From positions 1 through 60,808 of the forward strand of contig JBKOZO010000090.1 of the NCBI GenBank assembly GCA_046725935.1: a stretch of 60,808 nucleotides of DNA, in the 5' to 3' direction. Positions 55,199 to 60,808 of this stretch are shown one piece after another. The number at the start of each line of letters is the position of its first letter. The first letter of the stretch is position 1. Made by a program: the position numbers and the translations under genes. Under the pieces are notes generated by a model. It was not told where the DNA came from. It did not search any database and saw only the letters and a list, made by a program, of their open reading frames with translations. Source of the stretch: Acidobacteriota bacterium. Its GTDB lineage: Bacteria; Acidobacteriota; Thermoanaerobaculia; UBA5066; Gp7-AA6.

Positions 55199-56094
55199 CA
55201 GTGGCACTTCGCCGTGCCCGAGTCCGCGAAGGATCCTCCCTCCACCGGCACGAACTCCCAGTCATAGGAATCGGGATGCAGCGTGAGCTTGATGACGCCG
55301 TAGGTCGTGTTGTTGTGGACCTCGCTGGTGGGAAGCGGGGTTCCGAGCGGATAGAGGCTCTTTCCTCCGGTGCCGACCACGAACTCGCGGATGCCGTGCT
55401 CGGGGTCCGGCTTCCCGTCCGCGTCCTGCGGAGCGAACCGCTCGTAGTTGTGCTCGTGGCCGGCCAAGGCGAGGTCGACGCCTCCCTGCTGGAGCGCGCG
55501 CCAGATGTCGCGCATCGCGGCGTCGTTGCCGTGCTCGGTGCCCGAGGAGAACCGAGGGTGGTGCCACATCGCGACGGCGCAGGGTGTGGGGTGCGCGGCG
55601 AGGTCTTCCCGAATCCATTTCTCCTGGGCCGATCCCGCCTTGCACCCGCCGATCTCGCCGCAGTTGCTGTTGACGACGATGACGTGCCATGCGCCGAGGT
55701 CGTAGCTGTAGTAGCCCTTCTTCGGATCGCCCGCCGAGGCTCCGAAGTATGCGAAGTAGGCGGCCGCTCCGGCCATGCGGTAGTCGTGATTGCCGGGAAC
55801 CGGGCGCGTTCGCGCTCTGTGGCGTCCCCAGGTCGGCCCGTAGCACCGGTCGAACTGCTGCGCGGTGCCGTTGGGGTAGGCGTTGTCACCGAGCGTGAAC
55901 ACCGTCCCCTCGATCTCGTCGAGGAGCTTTGCGGTCCTCTCATCACCGTCGTTGTCGCAAGCGGCGATGTCTCCGGCGCCGACCAGGACCGGATCGGAGG
56001 AGGGTGAGGGAGCGCTCCGACCCCGCAGCGCCGCGAAGAAGAGAATCACGAATGCGCCGAGACGTCTGACCGGTAGTTTTTTCACGCGCCGCAT
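55198..56094 (-). CDS. Calcineurin-like metallophosphoesterase
   Basis: GAGDIA, LGDNAY, PGNHDY, HHPRFSSG, GHEHNYER. Confidence 0.92.
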   Translation of the reverse strand: MRRVKKLPVRRLGAFVILFFAALRGRSAPSPSSDPVLVGAGDIAACDNDGDERTAKLLDEIEGTVFTLGDNAYPNGTAQQFDRCYGPTWGRHRARTRPVPGNHDYRMAGAAAYFAYFGASAGDPKKGYYSYDLGAWHVIVVNSNCGEIGGCKAGSAQEKWIREDLAAHPTPCAVAMWHHPRFSSGTEHGNDAAMRDIWRALQQGGVDLALAGHEHNYERFAPQDADGKPDPEHGIREFVVGTGGKSLYPLGTPLPTSEVHNNTTYGVIKLTLHPDSYDWEFVPVEGGSFADSGTAKCH

Positions 56095-56212
56095 TATCTC
56101 CCGCCGTTTTCGCTTCCGGTCCCCGCGGGCGCCTGCTAGATTACGCGGCGTCCACCGGACGATTCATTTGGATTTAACCGCGCGCCTTCGCGCGCGACGT
56201 CGAGGAGGGAGG

Positions 56213-59002
56213 ATGGTTCCTCGGGCGCGTCGGGCGGCGCTGGTCGGGCTGCTTCTTGCCGCGAGCGCGGGCGCGGTCCCGGAAGTTTCCACCGCTCCCG
56301 ACGTCCCGGAGCCGGGGTCGATCGAAGCCATCGCGGCCGACACGACGGATCCCAAGTTCTCGAGTCCCTGGGTTGCGTACGTCCCGGTCTCCGCGACCGT
56401 CACGTCCCCGACGAAATACCTCGGGCACATCGTCGGGAAGGCGGGCGAGCTTTCGCGCACCGACAAGATCTACGGTTACTTCCGCGAGCTCGCACGGACC
56501 TCGCCGCGGGTCCGCGTCGAGACCATCGGCAAGTCCGAGGAAGGGCGCGAGATCCTGCTCGTGGCGGTGGCCGACGAGGACGGCATCCGCAACCTCGACG
56601 GTCTGAAGGCCGCCACGGCGGCGCTGGCCGACCCGCGGACGACGAGCCCCGACGCGGCCGAGAAGATCATCGCGCCCGCCCGCCCGATCTACTACTTCAA
56701 CGCCGGCCTGCACTCGACGGAGACCGGAAGCCCCGAGATGGTGATGGAGCTGGCGTACCGGTTGGCCGTCTCGGACCAGCCGATGATCCAGCAGATCCGC
56801 AAGAACGTCGTCGTGCTGATCAACCCGGTCTCGGAGCCCGACGGGCGGGACAAGACGGTCGACTGGTTCTACCGGTATCTGAAGGGCAAGACCGACTACT
56901 TCGAGCTGCCCGACAAGTCCCCTCCGTACTGGGGCTACTACGTCTTCCACGACAACAACCGGGACACGCACCAGAGCGCGCTCGCGCTGACGAAGGCCGT
57001 TCACCGGATGTTCTTCGACTACCACCCGACGGCCGTCCACGACCTCCACGAGTCGATCCCGCTTCTGCACACCTGGAACGGGACCGGTCCCTACAACGCG
57101 AACCTCGATCCCATCGCGATCTCCGAGTGGCTGGAGACGTCGTTCCACGAGGTGCAGACGCTGACGGCGATCGGGATGCCGGGCGTGTGGACGTGGGGAT
57201 TCGGCGAATCGTGGGGACTCCACTACCTCGACTCGGTCGCCTCCAACCACAACTCTCTGGGCCGCGGCTACGAAACGTTCGGCAATGGCACGGCCGAGAC
57301 CGTCGAACGGACGCTGCGCCCGTCCGAGCAGCGCTACGTCGACAAGCCCGTGACCGACCGCGAGTGGTACCGGCCCTGGCCGCCGGACAAGAAGTTTCGC
57401 TGGTCGCTGCGCGACAACACCAACTACATGGAGACGGCCTGTCTGGCGATCCTGGACTGGACGGCGCGGAACGCGAAGGAGATGCTGCGCAACTTCTACC
57501 GCAAGGGCCACAACTCGTGGCAGAAGGGCGTGAAGGGAAACCCGTACGCCTTCGTCGTCGCGCAGGACCAGGGAGATCGCCGGCGCGTGGCGCAGATGAT
57601 CGGGGTCCTCCGCGCCCAGCACATCGAGGTCGCGCGGCTCACCGAGCCGGTCACGGTCAAGGAGGGGAGCTTCGCGAAAGGCGACTTCCTGATCCGGCTC
57701 GACCAGCCCTACCGCAACTACGCGGTGGACCTGCTCGAGCCGCAGAAGTTCCCGTCCGAGACGCCCTACGAACCTTACGACGACGTGTCCTGGGCGCTGC
57801 CGGTGCACTACGGCCTGACAGCGACCAAAGTGGACGACGAGAAGATCCGGGACGCGAAGGCCGAGCCGGTCGCGTCGGTGGCGATGCCCGAGGGCCGCGT
57901 CTCCGGCGGCGGCCCGGTCTACCTCCTCAAGGACACGGGCCAGGAGGCGCTGCTCGCCGCGCGATTCCGACTCGCGCGCTTCAAGGTCTCGATCGCGGAG
58001 AAACCGTTCACTTCGGGTTCCGCCACGTATCCGGCCGGGTCCTGGATCGTGTCCGCCCAGGACGGACTCGCGCCGGCACTCGCGGCGGTCGCGAAAGAGC
58101 TCGGGCTCGACTTCGAGAGCGCCGCCGCCGCTCCGAAGGTCGACGCGCACGAGGCGGCGATTCCGCGCGTCGCCGTCTGGCACCTCTGGGACGACACGGA
58201 GTCGGTGGGGTGGCTGAGGCTGGCGCTGGACCAGGAGAAGGTTCCCTACGACTACATTCGCGACGACGACGTTCGCGCCGGCCGGCTGCGGGACAAATAC
58301 GACGTCATCGTGTACGGCCACACCGATCTCTCGCTGAAGAGTCAGATCAACGGAATCGACCCCAAGTGGCGGCCGATGGCGTACACGAAGACGCCGGAGT
58401 TCCCGAGCCACGGCGTGCCGGACGCGTCCCCCGACATCACGGGAGGCATCGGCTGGGCAGGCATGGCGAACCTCCAGGATTTCCTGGATCACGGGGGACT
58501 CCTCATCACGCTCGGCGGTGGATCGGCGCTGGCTCTCGAAGGTGGCCTCGCGCGCTCCGTCAGTCGCCGATCGGGGCCCGACACGCCGGGTGTCGAGCTG
58601 ACGGCGAAGTTCCTTCGGCCCGAGCATCCGGTGGCCTACGGATATCCCGAGGTGACCTCCGCGTTCCGGATCGCCCTGCCGACCTACGGCGTGCGGCCCG
58701 AGCTGCGCCGCTACATCGTTCTCCAGTGGGGGACGAAGCTGCCCAAGGACGAGCGCGACCCCGACGCCGAGAAGGCGTCCGAGTCCAAGACCGACAAGAC
58801 GCCGCCCTTCGTGGTCTCCGGGGGCGTGAAGAACGCGGACACGCTCGAGGGGCATCCCGCGATCCTGGATCTACCCGCCGGGACCGGCCGTGTCCTCGCG
58901 ATGAACTTCAATCCGATGCACCGCGACCTGAATCGAGGGGACTATCGGTTCCTCTGGAACGGCATCCTGAACTGGAACGCGCTGCCGCCGGCGCAGCCTT
59001 GA
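56213..59002 (+). CDS. M14 family zinc carboxypeptidase (secreted, long form)
   Basis: ATG at 56213 with GGAGG; LHSTE (HxxE), EPDG, DNNRD, HDLHE; C-terminal class I GATase-like region. Confidence 0.88.
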   Translation: MVPRARRAALVGLLLAASAGAVPEVSTAPDVPEPGSIEAIAADTTDPKFSSPWVAYVPVSATVTSPTKYLGHIVGKAGELSRTDKIYGYFRELARTSPRVRVETIGKSEEGREILLVAVADEDGIRNLDGLKAATAALADPRTTSPDAAEKIIAPARPIYYFNAGLHSTETGSPEMVMELAYRLAVSDQPMIQQIRKNVVVLINPVSEPDGRDKTVDWFYRYLKGKTDYFELPDKSPPYWGYYVFHDNNRDTHQSALALTKAVHRMFFDYHPTAVHDLHESIPLLHTWNGTGPYNANLDPIAISEWLETSFHEVQTLTAIGMPGVWTWGFGESWGLHYLDSVASNHNSLGRGYETFGNGTAETVERTLRPSEQRYVDKPVTDREWYRPWPPDKKFRWSLRDNTNYMETACLAILDWTARNAKEMLRNFYRKGHNSWQKGVKGNPYAFVVAQDQGDRRRVAQMIGVLRAQHIEVARLTEPVTVKEGSFAKGDFLIRLDQPYRNYAVDLLEPQKFPSETPYEPYDDVSWALPVHYGLTATKVDDEKIRDAKAEPVASVAMPEGRVSGGGPVYLLKDTGQEALLAARFRLARFKVSIAEKPFTSGSATYPAGSWIVSAQDGLAPALAAVAKELGLDFESAAAAPKVDAHEAAIPRVAVWHLWDDTESVGWLRLALDQEKVPYDYIRDDDVRAGRLRDKYDVIVYGHTDLSLKSQINGIDPKWRPMAYTKTPEFPSHGVPDASPDITGGIGWAGMANLQDFLDHGGLLITLGGGSALALEGGLARSVSRRSGPDTPGVELTAKFLRPEHPVAYGYPEVTSAFRIALPTYGVRPELRRYIVLQWGTKLPKDERDPDAEKASESKTDKTPPFVVSGGVKNADTLEGHPAILDLPAGTGRVLAMNFNPMHRDLNRGDYRFLWNGILNWNALPPAQP

Positions 59003-59012
59003 GGAGAGGAAC

Positions 59013-60808
59013 ATGAGAATCGTTCGCGCGCTCGCCGTCTTCGCCGCCCTGGCTATCGGCGCCATTACGGCCCTCGGGCAGAGCATCAATCCCGGCCTTC
59101 CCGATCCGTTCCGGCTGACCGAGCCCAAGGATTTCGCGGCGTTCCGGTCCTCGTCCAACAACGAAGACTGGAACTCCAACGACGACAGCAAGCGCCCGAT
59201 CCCGGGCGAGACGACGGTCCTCGCGGATCTCCAGGGTCCCGGCGTCGTCACGCACATCTGGGTCACCATCGCCGACAACGAGTACGGTTGGCCCAAGCTC
59301 CTGCGCCTGCGCGTCTACTACGACGGCAGCCCGATCCCCAGCGTCGACGCGCCGATCGGCGACTTCTTCGCCGTCGGCCACGGGTTCGAGGCGAAGGTCA
59401 AGTCGCTGATGGTCGTCAACAGCTCCGACGGGCGGGCGCGCAACAGCTACTGGCCGATGCCGTTTCGCAAGTCCTGCAGGATCACGGTGACCAACGAGGG
59501 CCGCCGCCGCACGTCCAACCTCTACTTTCACGTGGACTGGGAGAAGCTGCCCTCGCTGCCGGCGAACACCCCTTACTTCCATGCGCGGTACCGGCAGATG
59601 CTGCCCGCGCCCGCCGACGGCAAGAACTACGTCTTCCTGGAGACGAAGGGAAAGGGCCACTACGTCGGCACCGTTCTGTCGGTCGTGCAGGCGGAGGCGG
59701 GCTGGTTCGGGGAAGGAGACGACTTCTTCTGGGTCGACGGCGCGGCCAAGCCGTCGATCGAGGGGACGGGCAGCGAGGATTACTTCAACGACGCCTGGGG
59801 GCTGCACGTCAACGACGGGCCCTACTACGGTGTGACGGTCGCCGAGGGCACGGGACTGGGGTCGCGGATGACAGCGTACCGCTGGCACCTCGTCGACCCG
59901 ATCCCGTTCCAGAAGTCGCTGAAGGCCGAGATCGAGCACAAGGGGTGGACGTTCAACGCGGACGGCTCGGTCAAGTCGGGATTCGGCGAGCGAACCGACC
60001 TGATGTCGAGCGTGGCCTTCTGGTACCAGGAGGGGATCGCGCAGGACCAGCCGCCGGTGCCGTACGGCGCGGCGCGGTTGCCGCAGGGCAACGCCCTGCA
60101 AATCGAGGTCGAGAACGCGATGCCGCAGATCGTGGCGGAGAAAGGGAAGGTCTCGGTGTTCCCGGATCTCTTCTGGTCCAAGGACGTCGTCGTGTTCGAA
60201 GGCGAGGGTCCGGGCTCGAAGTTGACGATCCCGTTCGACGTTCCCGAGGACGGTGACTACGAGGTCTACGCCCAGATGGCGAAGGGCTCGGACTACGGCG
60301 TCTACACAGTCCTGTTGGACGGGAAGCCTCCGGTCGCTCCGGTGCTCGAGCACGAGCCGGGCGCGGACGTCCGGCCCCAGACCGAGTTCGACGGCTACGC
60401 GCTCGAGACGTACGTGGGCGCCGACTACCAGGTCGGCTGGCCGCGGCTGACGAAGGGCCGGCACACGCTGACGGTCGTCGCGAAGGGCAAGCGCGAGGAC
60501 TCCAGCGGCTACACCGTCGGAGTCGACGACATCGTGCTGGCGAGGACGGGGCCCGATGCCTGGGCCGCGGCGGCGAAGATCCAGGAGCCGCGCGTTCCGA
60601 CAGGATCCGTGTCGGACCTCGCGAAGGCGTTGTCGGATCCGAACCCCGTCACTCGCGGCCTCGCCGCGCTGGCGCTGCGCGACCAGGGCAAGGCCGCGCT
60701 GCCGGCCCTCCCGGAGCTGCAGAAGGCGCTCGCGGATCCGGACCCCAACGTGCGGATGATGTCGGGCAACGCGATCGCGGCGATCGGCAAGGACGCCGCG
60801 CCCGCGGT
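59013..60808 (+). CDS. GH172/DUF2961 glycoside hydrolase with C-terminal beta-sandwich and HEAT repeats (partial; absent from the ORF track)
   Basis: ATG at 59013 with RBS; GPGVVTHIW, YWPMPF, WFGEGD, GTGSEDYF. The frame is open to the window end, with LSDPNPVTRGLAALAL / LADPDPNVRMMSGNAI. Confidence 0.88.
   Translation, partial: MRIVRALAVFAALAIGAITALGQSINPGLPDPFRLTEPKDFAAFRSSSNNEDWNSNDDSKRPIPGETTVLADLQGPGVVTHIWVTIADNEYGWPKLLRLRVYYDGSPIPSVDAPIGDFFAVGHGFEAKVKSLMVVNSSDGRARNSYWPMPFRKSCRITVTNEGRRRTSNLYFHVDWEKLPSLPANTPYFHARYRQMLPAPADGKNYVFLETKGKGHYVGTVLSVVQAEAGWFGEGDDFFWVDGAAKPSIEGTGSEDYFNDAWGLHVNDGPYYGVTVAEGTGLGSRMTAYRWHLVDPIPFQKSLKAEIEHKGWTFNADGSVKSGFGERTDLMSSVAFWYQEGIAQDQPPVPYGAARLPQGNALQIEVENAMPQIVAEKGKVSVFPDLFWSKDVVVFEGEGPGSKLTIPFDVPEDGDYEVYAQMAKGSDYGVYTVLLDGKPPVAPVLEHEPGADVRPQTEFDGYALETYVGADYQVGWPRLTKGRHTLTVVAKGKREDSSGYTVGVDDIVLARTGPDAWAAAAKIQEPRVPTGSVSDLAKALSDPNPVTRGLAALALRDQGKAALPALPELQKALADPDPNVRMMSGNAIAAIGKDAAPA

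Noticed and set aside
1-60808. CRISPR arrays, tRNA/selC, rRNA, integrases, transposases; additional UGA-recoded genes
   Set aside because: No regularly spaced repeats, cloverleafs or recombinase motifs were seen. The other TGA-ending genes end in ordinary C-termini with no Cys-type motif at the stop; their downstream frames were not all translated.

Overview
Very GC-rich bacterial chromosomal window with about 65 densely packed genes. Two ADOP-type duplicated permeases point to Acidobacteriota (inference). I found no tRNA, rRNA, CRISPR array, integrase or transposase. Gene content is mostly oxidoreductases, hydrolases and peptidases, PLP enzymes, NTF2-like proteins, DNA-repair genes (Ada Zn domain, 2OG-Fe(II) oxygenase, xth), an ECF sigma/Ser-Thr kinase pair, a long GreA, a fluoride riboswitch-crcB-DUF190 unit and a GH172 gene running off the right edge. 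The main signals missed by the ORF track are: (1) a probable multidomain selenoprotein at the left edge, with an in-frame UGA in a thioredoxin UxxS motif, a SECIS-like hairpin and read-through into a WCPPC TlpA domain; (2) a GAPDH paralog lacking the catalytic Cys and phosphate-binding residues, translationally coupled to the canonical gap; (3) a hairpin-rich ~230 nt leader in front of a KTGESY-helix/DUF1801 fusion gene; (4) a candidate anti-SD sRNA; (5) a promoter-plus-dinB duplication scar around a methyltransferase; (6) recurrent leaderless gene starts; and (7) four families of short intergenic repeats. All family calls come from recognising motifs by eye; no database searches were run.
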